A stretch of 61,479 nt of DNA, counting the filler. It is 5 parts of 5 records of this genome, joined end to end, with 100 filler letters (N's around TTAATTAATTAA, not from the genome) between each part and the next. Parts side by side here need not be neighbours in the genome. Positions count along the whole stretch, not along the records: positions 10,563 to 34,782 come from DRR723986_10636; positions 34,883 to 41,177 come from DRR723986_10643; 3 more parts are not named here. One strand, 5' to 3'. Both the position numbers and the translations under genes were made by a program. Under the pieces are notes generated by a model. It was not told where the DNA came from and ran no database searches. It saw nothing but the letters and a program-made list of their open reading frames with translations. Each line of letters starts with the position of its first letter. Within the stretch, counting starts at the first letter, position 1. Below are positions 31,936 through 41,159 of this stretch, in pieces.

Positions 31936-32877
31936 ATGGCCGAGCGGGTAGAGGTAAATGTTGAAGGCTTATTGAGCCAGGTAAAACTTGAGCAATGGCC
32001 GCAGCGCTGCGCAGACGGTGAAAGCCGGCGTTTGTTTCACGGTCGCGGGCAATGCTATCCCGGCTACGAGTGGTTGACGGTGGATTACTTCTCTCCACTG
32101 CTGTGGATCGTGCTGTATCGCGAGCCACCGGGGAATTTTTGGGCTGGTTTCTGCACGGCTCTTGCGGAGACGCTGGCGCCACATTTTACCGCGGCGATAG
32201 TGCAACATCGCTATCAGCGCGATGCTGATCTGCAAACTCTCTGGGGCGACGTGCCGAGCCCAATGTATGCCGTGGAGGAGGGTTTACGATTCGCGCTGCA
32301 ATTGGGCGGACGGCAGAACATTGGTTACTTTATGGATATGCAGCCGGCGCGGCGCTGGCTGACGGCGCGGGCAGATGGCCGTCGGGTACTGAACTTATTT
32401 TCCTACACCTGTGCTTTTTCGGTCGCGGCCAGCAAGGCCGGAGCGAGCCAGATCGTCAATATCGATATGAGTAAATCGTCGTTGCGCACCGGGCGGGAGA
32501 ACCATCGCCTGAACGACGCCGACAGCGGCGCGCCGGTGTTTCTCGGTCACGATATTTTTAAGAGCTGGGGAAAGCTAAAAAAACTCGGCCCCTATGATGT
32601 GGTGATCTGTGATCCGCCATCGCGGCAGGCCGGCAGTTTTGATGCGGCGCGAGATTACGGGCGTCTGCTGTCGAGGATGGGCAGTCTCTGCGCGCCGGGG
32701 GCGGATGTGCTGATCTGTTTGAATTCGCCGCTGCTGGGTGAGGCTTTTCTTCACGACCGCGTTGCAGAATATTGGCCGGAGGCACAGTTTTGTGAGCGTT
32801 TGGCAGGGCGAGCAGATTTCCCTGAGCGCGACACGGATGCCGCCCTCAAGGTGCTTCACTATCGCGCGCCTAGCTAA
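31936..32877 (+). CDS. Class I SAM-dependent methyltransferase (RlmI/RlmK-like)
   Basis: RRLFHGRG, QNIGYFMDM, VLNLFSYTCAFSV, DPP. Confidence 0.85.
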   Translation: MAERVEVNVEGLLSQVKLEQWPQRCADGESRRLFHGRGQCYPGYEWLTVDYFSPLLWIVLYREPPGNFWAGFCTALAETLAPHFTAAIVQHRYQRDADLQTLWGDVPSPMYAVEEGLRFALQLGGRQNIGYFMDMQPARRWLTARADGRRVLNLFSYTCAFSVAASKAGASQIVNIDMSKSSLRTGRENHRLNDADSGAPVFLGHDIFKSWGKLKKLGPYDVVICDPPSRQAGSFDAARDYGRLLSRMGSLCAPGADVLICLNSPLLGEAFLHDRVAEYWPEAQFCERLAGRADFPERDTDAALKVLHYRAPS

Positions 32878-34102
32878 CGGCGCGGAGTTTTTTGCGGTAA
32901 CCCTGGAGGAATCGGCCAAAGCGCTCAATGGCGTCTGCCAGATCAAGCTTATTCGGCAGGAAGACGATACGCAGGTGGTCCGTGGTGTGCCAGTTGAAAC
33001 CGGTACCCTGCACCAGCAGTATTTTTTCCTGATTCAGCAGGTCGAGCACCAGTTGCTCGTCATTGGCCACCGGGTAAACCTCGGGGTCCAGCTTGGGGAA
33101 CATGTAGATAGTGCCGGCGGGCTTGGTGCAACTGACGCCGGGAATATCGTTGAGCATCTGCCATGCGAGGTCGCGCTGTTCAAGCAGGCGCCCACCGGGA
33201 AGGATCAACTCGTTAATACTCTGATAACCGCCTAATGCTGTTTGTATGGCGTGCTGAGCCGGTACGTTGGCACACAGCCGCATTGACGACAGCATATCTA
33301 AACCTTCGATGTAATCGGCGGCGCGGTCTTTAGCGCCGGACACCACCATCCAGCCACTGCGGAAACCCGCCAGTCGATAGGCTTTGGACAAGCCATTGAA
33401 GGTCAGGCATAGCACGTCGCGGCTAATGCTACCCAGAGGAATATGCACGGCATCATCGTAGAGAATTTTGCTGTAGATCTCGTCGGCAAAAACCACCAGA
33501 TTGTGTTCTTCTGCAATATCGACCAGCGCTTCGAGCATCTCCCGGCTATACACCGCACCGGTGGGGTTGTTCGGGTTGATGATAACGATGGCGCGGGTCT
33601 TGTCGGTGATTTTTGCGCGAATATCGTCAAGTGACGGCTGCCAGTCATTCTCTTCGTCGCAGAGGTAGTGAACCGGCTTGGCACCACTCAGAGATACCAC
33701 CGCTGTCCACAGCGGATAATCGGGGGAGGGGATAAGCACCTCGTCGCCGATATTTAACAGCGCCTGGGTTGCCATGGTAATTAGCTCACTACAGCCGTTG
33801 CCCAGGTAGATGTCATTAACCTCAACACCGGGAATACCGATTTTTTGGCATTCCTGCATGATGGCTTTCCGGGCTGAGTACAAGCCTTTGGAGTCGCTGT
33901 AGCCCTCACTCTCCGGTAGCAGCCGAATCACGTCTTGAATGATCTCTTCTGGCGCGTTGAATCCAAATGCCGCCGGGTTGCCTATATTGAGCTTGAGGAT
34001 GCGATAGCCTTCCTCTTCCAATTCATTGGCGCGGTGCAAAACCGGGCCGCGAATGTCATAACAGACGTTCTGAAGTTTGCTGGATTTGTAATAATGGCTC
34101 AT
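32870..34102 (-). CDS. alaA: Alanine aminotransferase AlaA-type PLP enzyme
   Basis: KSSKLQNVCYDIRGPV, LNIGNPA, NPNNPTG, NGLSKAYRLAGFRSGW. Confidence 0.93.
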   Translation of the reverse strand: MSHYYKSSKLQNVCYDIRGPVLHRANELEEEGYRILKLNIGNPAAFGFNAPEEIIQDVIRLLPESEGYSDSKGLYSARKAIMQECQKIGIPGVEVNDIYLGNGCSELITMATQALLNIGDEVLIPSPDYPLWTAVVSLSGAKPVHYLCDEENDWQPSLDDIRAKITDKTRAIVIINPNNPTGAVYSREMLEALVDIAEEHNLVVFADEIYSKILYDDAVHIPLGSISRDVLCLTFNGLSKAYRLAGFRSGWMVVSGAKDRAADYIEGLDMLSSMRLCANVPAQHAIQTALGGYQSINELILPGGRLLEQRDLAWQMLNDIPGVSCTKPAGTIYMFPKLDPEVYPVANDEQLVLDLLNQEKILLVQGTGFNWHTTDHLRIVFLPNKLDLADAIERFGRFLQGYRKKLRAVS

Positions 34103-34205
34103 GGCGATCTTCTAATCGTAAGTGATTGGTGCTGGCGGAATTGCCTCGCGATCAACAGTTAGCAACAGTATACGTCTTCAAAGGCTTGCAAGTGGAGTGA
34201 TATTG

Positions 34206-34604
34206 ATGGAAAAAGTCGTAAAATCCGCGGCGCAGTGGCGGGAACTTCTCAGCCCGGAGGAATACCATGTATGTCGCGAGAAGGGCACGGAGCGCGCGTT
34301 CACCGGTAAATACTATAAAGAGTCTGCCGACGGCGTATACCGATGCCGTTGCTGTGGTGAGGCGCTGTTCTCGTCAACAACGAAATACGACTCTGGCTCA
34401 GGTTGGCCGAGCTTCTACCAGCCAGCCGACGAAGGCGCTCTCGGAATCAACCGCGATACTAGTCATGGCATGATCCGCGAAGAGGTCGTTTGCGCTCGCT
34501 GCGATGCTCACCTGGGGCATGTGTTTAGTGACGGACCGGCGCCCACAGGGCTGCGGTATTGCATCAACTCGGTGTCGCTAACTTTAGATAAATCAGAAGC
34601 TTGA
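34206..34604 (+). CDS. msrB: Methionine-R-sulfoxide reductase
   Basis: [28 protein letters not shown]. Confidence 0.96.
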   Translation: MEKVVKSAAQWRELLSPEEYHVCREKGTERAFTGKYYKESADGVYRCRCCGEALFSSTTKYDSGSGWPSFYQPADEGALGINRDTSHGMIREEVVCARCDAHLGHVFSDGPAPTGLRYCINSVSLTLDKSEA

Positions 34605-34685
34605 CCGATTTCTGCGCAGCTTGAATAAAAAATCGACAGAATTACTGAAAAAACGCATTATTTTGCGTTTGCGGTAAATTCAGGC

Positions 34686-34721
34686 TTGACGGCAGCGAGC
34701 AGGCTCCCTAAAATTCGCGCC
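34686..34721 (+). promoter_or_regulatory. Sigma-70 stable-RNA promoter with GC-rich discriminator
   Basis: TTGACG-N17-TAAAAT-TCGCGCC upstream of a tRNA 5' end. Confidence 0.8.
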
Positions 34722-34763
34722 ACTTTCAGGCAACAGTGACTCGCAGCCTGGAAGGTTTGCGGC

Positions 34764-34782
34764 GTCCCCTTCGTCTAGTGGC
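34764..34782 (+). tRNA. tRNA-Glu, first 19 nt only (cut by contig end)
   Basis: GTCCCCTTCGTCTAGTGGC is the typical gammaproteobacterial tRNA-Glu 5' end; anticodon not visible. Confidence 0.8.
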
Positions 34783-34882
34783 NNNNNNNNNNNNNNNNNN
34801 NNNNNNNNNNNNNNNNNNNNNNNNNNTTAATTAATTAANNNNNNNNNNNNNNNNNNNNNNNNNNNNNNNNNNNNNNNNNNNN
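34783..34882. other. Artificial contig linker
   Basis: N-run + TTAATTAATTAA + N-run. Confidence 0.99.
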
Positions 34883-34998
34883 CGAGGCTCCAGACGGACT
34901 CAAAGACTTGCCGTGTTCAATTCAGCGAAAAACAAGATCAAAACAAGCTAGCCACAAGACCGTAGCAGAGCGCAGGACGCCGGGCGCAAGCGACGCAA

Positions 34999-35017
34999 GC
35001 CCAGACTGCAAACACAA
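34999..35017 (+). repeat. 19-bp direct repeat, left copy
   Basis: GCCCAGACTGCAAACACAA identical to 41141-41159. Confidence 0.92.
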
Positions 35018-35216
35018 AAATTCCTGCCGTCCGACTAAAAATACGCAGTACAAGTGCAGGTCCCGAAATCGCACAAATGCCGCCACACAGTTACCGAGCG
35101 AGTGGCAGGATATGAGCAAGAAATGGAATATCGTTATATTAGAGCTTCAACGATGAGCCGGGCCAAGTGCCCGGTGCGATGAACCCTCATACACAGCCAA
35201 CAAAGCGCGAGACTCA

Positions 35217-36701
35217 ATGTTTGAGCAGGCCTTTAGAAATATAGATGACGTCCTCTGGAAAGAGGCCGGATGCACAACTGAACTGGATTATACCGAACAA
35301 ACCTCGTGGCTGCTCTTCCTGAAATACCTGGACGATTACGAGCAGGAACGCCAGGATACGGCATTGCTCGAAGGCAAAACGGGTGTAGAATATATCCTGG
35401 AAGAACCCTTCCGCTGGGAGTCCTGGGCCGCACCAAAAAAGGACGACGGCACGCTGGACCACAAAAATGCGATGACCGGAGATGATCTCCGTGATTTTGT
35501 GGATGAGCAGCTCTTTCCCTACCTGCGAGGGTTTTCGGCAAAAGCAGACCGTTCCAATACGATAGAGTACAAGATTGGTCAAATCTTTGGTGAGATAAAG
35601 AATAAAGTTACGAGTGGATATAATCTGCGCGAAATAGTTAACCAACTGGATGGACTTAACTTTCGCTCACAGACGGAAAAGCATGAACTTTCGGCGCTCT
35701 ACGAAGAGAAAATCAAAAAGATGGGCAATGCCGGACGCAATGGCGGTGAGTATTACACCCCACGTCCGCTTATCCGCGCCATGATCAAAGTCATTAAACC
35801 ACAAATAGGTGAAACGATCTACGACGGCGCCTGTGGTTCGGGCGGCTTCTTTTGTGAGACCTACGACTACCTGATGGATCCGGCCAATAAAACCAGAAAA
35901 AATGGCAGGGCCAAACTCAGCACCAAAGATGTTAAAACAATCAAAGAGGCGACTTTTTACGGCAAAGAAAAGAAGTCGCTGGCCTATGTGATTGCGATCA
36001 TGAATATGATCCTGCACGGCATTGACGCGCCGAATATTCAGCACACAAATACCTTAACGGAAAATGTGATGGATATTCAGGATAAAGACAGAAAAAAAGT
36101 GATTCTGGCAAATCCACCCTTTGGCGGCAAGGAGCGCAAAGAAGTCCAGCAGAACTTCATTATTAAAACTGGAGAAACGGCCTTTCTGTTTCTGCAGCAC
36201 TTTATGAAGATGCTGAAGCCGGACGGACGCGCGGCGGTTGTTATCAAAAATACTTTTCTCTCAAATTCCGACAGAGCTTCGGTGAGTTTGCGGCGCTTGC
36301 TGCTGGAGAACAATAAACTGTTTGCGGTGCTCGACTGTCCGGGCGGCACTTTCCAGGGCGCGGGTGTTAAGACTGTTGTCCTGTTTTTTGAGAAGGGCGC
36401 GCCGACGGACAAGATTTGGTATTATCAGCTGGATCCAGGCCGGAATTTAGGCAAAACCAATCCACTGAACGACGCGGACCTGGCGGAATTTGTTACACTC
36501 CAGGCGACGTCCGCCGACTCGGAAAATAGCTGGACGGTTGATGTCAAAGACATTAACATGGAGACGGTAGATTTATCGGTTAAAAACCCGCACAATAACG
36601 AAGAGATTGTGCACCGCAAACCCACGGAGATTCTGGATGAAATCGCGGCACTTGACAAGGAGAGCGCAGCGGTGCTGAAGCAGATCCGGAGGTTGTTGTG
36701 A
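35217..36701 (+). CDS. hsdM: Type I restriction-modification N6-adenine methyltransferase subunit
   Basis: GEYYTPR, YDGACGSGGF (motif I), LANPPFGG (motif IV). Confidence 0.96.
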   Translation: MFEQAFRNIDDVLWKEAGCTTELDYTEQTSWLLFLKYLDDYEQERQDTALLEGKTGVEYILEEPFRWESWAAPKKDDGTLDHKNAMTGDDLRDFVDEQLFPYLRGFSAKADRSNTIEYKIGQIFGEIKNKVTSGYNLREIVNQLDGLNFRSQTEKHELSALYEEKIKKMGNAGRNGGEYYTPRPLIRAMIKVIKPQIGETIYDGACGSGGFFCETYDYLMDPANKTRKNGRAKLSTKDVKTIKEATFYGKEKKSLAYVIAIMNMILHGIDAPNIQHTNTLTENVMDIQDKDRKKVILANPPFGGKERKEVQQNFIIKTGETAFLFLQHFMKMLKPDGRAAVVIKNTFLSNSDRASVSLRRLLLENNKLFAVLDCPGGTFQGAGVKTVVLFFEKGAPTDKIWYYQLDPGRNLGKTNPLNDADLAEFVTLQATSADSENSWTVDVKDINMETVDLSVKNPHNNEEIVHRKPTEILDEIAALDKESAAVLKQIRRLL

Positions 36702-37903
36702 AAGAAGGTTGGGAGGTTAAGAAGCTGGGTGAGGTGTGTGAGGTTGTAAATGGCGGAACGCCAAAAACTAGTGTCGCACGCTACTGGGGTGGGGATCATT
36801 TGTGGATTACTCCCGCGGAAATGGGTAAACGAAAATCTCCTTATGTATCTGATACCAAAAGAAAACTCTCGGACGCTGGACTTGAGAACTGTTCAGCCAG
36901 CCTTGTTCCAAGTTACTCTGTGATTCTCTCATCTCGTGCCCCCATCGGGCATCTTGTCATAAACACAGATATGATGGGAAGTAATCAGGGTTGCAAAGCA
37001 CTTGTACCTACCGAGCAGATTGAATACAAGTTCTTATACTACTATCTGAAGAGTATTGTTCAGTTATTGCAGTCATTAGGCACTGGGGCAACCTTTAAAG
37101 AGCTCTCGGGAAAAACTCTTAAATCTGTTTCGATCCCCATCCCCCCACTCCCCGAACAAGAACGCATTGTCGCAATTCTCGACGAGGCCTTTGCAGGTAT
37201 AGACGCAGCGATTAAACACACAGAGCAAAACTTAGCGAATGCACGTGCGGTGTTTGAGAGTCATTTGGATGCGGTGTTTTCGCAAAAGGGTGATGGATGG
37301 GAGGAGAAGCGACTGGGGGATGTTTGTGAATTTGAAAACGGTGATCGCGGGAAGAACTATCCAAACCGTAAGGAATATGTTAATGTCGGCATTCCCTGGA
37401 TCAATACAGGACACATAGAAAGAGATGGTACTCTTTCCGTCAGTAGCATGAACTACATAACAAAAGAGAAATTCAACTCTCTCAGGTCTGGTAAAATACA
37501 ACCTGGCGATTTGGTCTATTGTTTACGCGGTGCAACATTGGGTAAAACTGCCTTCGTTGCACCGTTCCAACAAGGAGCAGTTGCATCATCTCTGGTAATT
37601 TTACGCCCAAAAAAAACATTAGACTCCAAATTTCTTTATAGTTATCTGACAAGTCCTTTTGGACAAAAACAGATAAAAAGATTTGCAAACGGTGCAGCTC
37701 AGCCGAATTTGGGGGCTAAGAGTGTTGCAAAGTTCCAAATTGCCCTACCAGGAATTTCCATGCAAGAATCAATTGCTGAACAATTGATTGTTTTTCATGA
37801 CGAAACCCAATCCCTCGAATCCATCTACACGCGCAAGATTGCGGCGCTCAAAGAGTTAAAGAGCTCACTGTTGGATCAGGCGTTTAGGGGGGAGTTGACG
37901 TGA
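36698..37903 (+). CDS. hsdS: Type I restriction-modification specificity subunit with two TRDs
   Basis: Duplicated conserved blocks (EGWEVKKLGEVC / DGWEEKRLGDVC; PPLPEQERIV; LLDQAFRGEL); GTGA overlap with hsdM. Confidence 0.96.
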   Translation: MKEGWEVKKLGEVCEVVNGGTPKTSVARYWGGDHLWITPAEMGKRKSPYVSDTKRKLSDAGLENCSASLVPSYSVILSSRAPIGHLVINTDMMGSNQGCKALVPTEQIEYKFLYYYLKSIVQLLQSLGTGATFKELSGKTLKSVSIPIPPLPEQERIVAILDEAFAGIDAAIKHTEQNLANARAVFESHLDAVFSQKGDGWEEKRLGDVCEFENGDRGKNYPNRKEYVNVGIPWINTGHIERDGTLSVSSMNYITKEKFNSLRSGKIQPGDLVYCLRGATLGKTAFVAPFQQGAVASSLVILRPKKTLDSKFLYSYLTSPFGQKQIKRFANGAAQPNLGAKSVAKFQIALPGISMQESIAEQLIVFHDETQSLESIYTRKIAALKELKSSLLDQAFRGELT

Positions 37904-38322
37904 GCTGCAAAACAGGTCGCGCAAAACGCAGCCGCCAGAGGTAGATTGAAGTGCATGTTATGCTCAATTAAAGCAGCACATGCCGGCGTGATAATGCAGA
38001 GTCCGATCCACGACGGGATCATGACTCACTGAGGCCGGCAGCGCCGCCGGCCAGATTCAAGACAAATTGAGTTACACTTCCACCGGAACGTGGCGGAAGT
38101 GTAACGGTCATAAAGTTTGTTGTTCAGCTGCAAGACAGGTCGGACTTAAGGAAGTCAAACTTCGGTGTCGGGAATTGTTCGCTGCACTTCAAAGGATTTG
38201 TGTCGCATCTGTGAGACACAAACACATTCAGCATTTTAGCGAGACTACATAATAGAACTCACATTCACTTGTACTGCGCTCCCCCCACTCAGGCGCTGTA
38301 CAATTAGCCCGGTGATCACTCT
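37904..38322. other. Hairpin-rich non-coding spacer between hsdS and hsdR (candidate structured RNA or palindromic element)
   Basis: Stems at 37999-38027, 38033-38052, 38071-38105, 38143-38156, 38197-38222 and 38269-38303; no convincing ORF. Confidence 0.45.
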
Positions 38323-41139
38323 ATGGATTTTAAACTAAATGAAGCCGATACCAGAGCGCAGTTAATAGATACGGCACTGCGCAACTCCCGGTGGATACAC
38401 GGCACAAATACGGTGCAAGTACGGCGCGAGCAAACAATTAAACCGGGCCAGATCAGGGGCAAACACCAGAAGCCCAAAACCTTGATTGCTGATTACCTAC
38501 TGTATTATCGCGGCAAAATGATGGCTGTCATCGAAGCCAAAGCCTTTGACCGACCGCTGAGCGAGGGTGTCAGACAGGCTAAAGAATATTCGGAAGCGCT
38601 GGAAGTGCGCTTTTGTTATTCGAGCAACGGCCAGGGCTTTTTTGGCATCGATATGCAAACTGGGGTTGAAAAAGAGTTTGCACTCGACAGCTTCCCGACG
38701 CCGCAGGAATTGTGGCAGCGCTACAATGGGCATGAGAATATTTGGCTGAACCGTTTTGCCGAAGTGCAATATGAAGACAAGAATGACAGCCATCCGCTGC
38801 GCTATTATCAGCATTTGGCGGTGGAACGTGTGCTGGAAGCGCTCGTAAGCGGCAAAGAGCGCATTTTGTTAACACTGGCGACGGGCACCGGAAAAACCTT
38901 CATTGCATTTCAGATTGTCTGGAAGTTATTCCACAGTCATTGGAATCTGGAAAACCGCGATTCACCGAATAAGAATCGACGGCAGCCACGCGTACTGTTT
39001 TTAGCGGATCGCAATATGCTGGCAAACCAGGCCAAAAACGGCTTCTCGGCCTTTAACGATGATTCAATGACCAGAATTAGCCCCGCCGATATCCGCAAGG
39101 CCGGCAAGGTGCCCAAGAGCCAGCACATCTATTTCACGATTTTCCAGACCTTCACAGCCGGCAGTCTTAAACAGGAGGCACAACAAGACCCGTCTGATGA
39201 GATCGAACTAAAGACGATCAGGCCGATTTCGCAAACGCCTTTTAAAGGTGTATATCAGCCCTGGCATGTCTTCGTATTCCAGGGCGCGAATGGACGATTG
39301 ACACTTGGGCGCTCGCAGGACGTCAATGAATTCGGGAAATCACTGACGCTGGGCCAGATTCAGACACACAATGCCATTAGCACACCCTACCGCCTGGTGT
39401 ATGACGAAGTCTTTGAAACGGCGGAGTTGGCAGAGGCGCGGCATGCCGAGCTGCAGAAATTGACGGCGGCGGCCCTCCTGTTTGCGATTCACAATGCGCA
39501 CAAGCGCAGCGAGGCCGAAGGCGATGGAGATCGAGACGGAGACGGAGATGGAGATGGAGATTCTGGCGCTGCAATTCGCTTGGACACAGCGGCGGCGGCA
39601 CAGATGCCCTCACCTGCCGAACTGCGGGGCTATTTTGGTGAATATGAACCCGATTTCTTTGATCTGATCATCATTGACGAATGTCACCGCGGCGGAGCCA
39701 ACGACGAAGGCAGTTGGCGCGCCATTCTGGATTACTTTAAACCGGCGGTGCAGCTGGGGCTGACGGCAACGCCCAAACGCAAGGACAATGTTGACACCTA
39801 CAGATATTTTGGCGACCCAGTCTACAGTTATTCGTTAAAACAAGGTATCAATGACGGCTTCCTGACGCCGTTCAAAGTAGTGCAGTTTACGACAAGTCTG
39901 GATGAATACATCTATACGGCTGACGATGACGTGGTGGAAGGTGAGATTGAGCTGGGACGTACCTATGCGGAAAAGGACTTTAATCGCGTCATTGAGATTC
40001 CGCAACGCGAGCGCTACAGGGTAAAACTGCTCATGCAGCATATTAACCAAAAACAGAAAACGCTCGTGTTTTGCGCCAACCAGGCACATGCCCTGCAGAT
40101 ACGCGATTTGATCAACCAAATGAAGGCAAGTCGCGATACCAATTATTGCCACCGCGTTACGGCCGACGACGGTAGTGCCGGCGACCAGTTTCTGCGGCAG
40201 TTTCAGGACAACGAACGCACGATTCCGACAGTATTAACAACCTCACAAAAGCTCTCGACAGGCGTAGATGCGCGCAACGTGCGTAATATTGTTTTACTGC
40301 GGCCGGTTAACTCAATGATTGAATTTAAACAGATCATCGGCCGTGGCACACGCCTGCATGAAGATAAATATTACTTCAAGATTTTTGATTTTGTGCAGGC
40401 GCACAAACACTTCAGTGATCCGGAGTGGGACGGCGAGGCGCTCGAAGTTGCAGTTGTGAATCCCGACGATGAGCCGACAAGTCCTGAAGCCGATGATATG
40501 CAGGCAGCGCCGGAACCGGAGCTGACAGACAAGTTACCACGCCCAAGAAAACACAAGATCAAAGTGGTCCTGGCCGACGGCAAGGAGCGCAAACTGCAAC
40601 ATATGGCCGTCACGAGCTATTGGCACCCGGACGGCAAACCAATGTCGGCCCAGGAATTTTTGGAGTCGCTCTACGGCACTCTTCCGGAGCTGTTTAAGGA
40701 CGAGGCCAAATTGCGTGAGTTATGGAGTCAGCCGGACACGCGGACGCAGTTGCTGCACGGACTGAAGGAACGCGGCTTTGGCCTGGAGCAGCTGCATGAA
40801 ATGCGGCGGATCGTAGCCAATGAAGATTGTGACCTGTTTGACGTGCTGGCTTACGTGGCTTACCGGCTGGCACCGGAGACGCGTGCAGCACGCGCACAAC
40901 ATGCACAGGAATATATTAAACAACAGAAATTTACTGGTGAGCAGCGCCAATTCCTCGATTTTGTTCTTGGCAAGTATACCGCAGACGGTGTTGAGCAGCT
41001 TGCAACCCAAAATCTGAAAGGTTTGATTGATTTGCGCTACGGCAGCATCATGGACGCCAAAACCAAGATTGGCGATCCAACGATGATCAATCAAATGTTC
41101 ACGGGATTTCAGCAGGCGCTGTATCAGCCGCTGGTTTGA
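38323..41139 (+). CDS. hsdR: Type I restriction subunit HsdR (EcoAI/EcoEI-like) with internal insertion
   Basis: ADY...IEAK nuclease motif, QAKEY, LATGTGKT, DECH, LTATP, LSTGVD, QIIGRGTR. Confidence 0.96.
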   Translation: MDFKLNEADTRAQLIDTALRNSRWIHGTNTVQVRREQTIKPGQIRGKHQKPKTLIADYLLYYRGKMMAVIEAKAFDRPLSEGVRQAKEYSEALEVRFCYSSNGQGFFGIDMQTGVEKEFALDSFPTPQELWQRYNGHENIWLNRFAEVQYEDKNDSHPLRYYQHLAVERVLEALVSGKERILLTLATGTGKTFIAFQIVWKLFHSHWNLENRDSPNKNRRQPRVLFLADRNMLANQAKNGFSAFNDDSMTRISPADIRKAGKVPKSQHIYFTIFQTFTAGSLKQEAQQDPSDEIELKTIRPISQTPFKGVYQPWHVFVFQGANGRLTLGRSQDVNEFGKSLTLGQIQTHNAISTPYRLVYDEVFETAELAEARHAELQKLTAAALLFAIHNAHKRSEAEGDGDRDGDGDGDGDSGAAIRLDTAAAAQMPSPAELRGYFGEYEPDFFDLIIIDECHRGGANDEGSWRAILDYFKPAVQLGLTATPKRKDNVDTYRYFGDPVYSYSLKQGINDGFLTPFKVVQFTTSLDEYIYTADDDVVEGEIELGRTYAEKDFNRVIEIPQRERYRVKLLMQHINQKQKTLVFCANQAHALQIRDLINQMKASRDTNYCHRVTADDGSAGDQFLRQFQDNERTIPTVLTTSQKLSTGVDARNVRNIVLLRPVNSMIEFKQIIGRGTRLHEDKYYFKIFDFVQAHKHFSDPEWDGEALEVAVVNPDDEPTSPEADDMQAAPEPELTDKLPRPRKHKIKVVLADGKERKLQHMAVTSYWHPDGKPMSAQEFLESLYGTLPELFKDEAKLRELWSQPDTRTQLLHGLKERGFGLEQLHEMRRIVANEDCDLFDVLAYVAYRLAPETRAARAQHAQEYIKQQKFTGEQRQFLDFVLGKYTADGVEQLATQNLKGLIDLRYGSIMDAKTKIGDPTMINQMFTGFQQALYQPLV
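39520..39561 (+). repeat. Hexamer repeat x7 (consensus GGAGAY) encoding a Gly-Asp run in HsdR
   Basis: ggcgat ggagat cgagac ggagac ggagat ggagat ggagat. Confidence 0.9.
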
Positions 41140-41140
41140 G

Positions 41141-41159
41141 GCCCAGACTGCAAACACAA
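41141..41159 (+). repeat. 19-bp direct repeat, right copy
   Basis: GCCCAGACTGCAAACACAA, one base after the hsdR stop. Confidence 0.92.

Noticed and set aside
34764-35217. tRNA-Glu apparently next to the RM locus, as at an island integration site
   Set aside because: Separated by a linker, so the adjacency is artificial
37887-37892. G6 run at the hsdS 3' end as a phase-variation tract
   Set aside because: Short and encodes the ordinary FRGEL terminus
38071-38105. Hairpin with GTT...AAC ends as an integron attC site
   Set aside because: Too short and the core motifs are in the opposite order to attC; no integrase
38067-38252. 61-aa ORF in the hsdS-hsdR spacer
   Set aside because: TTG start, no RBS, runs through hairpins, no family resemblance
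39163-39630. HsdR insertion as an intein
   Set aside because: No Cys-initiated Hint motifs and no His-Asn terminus
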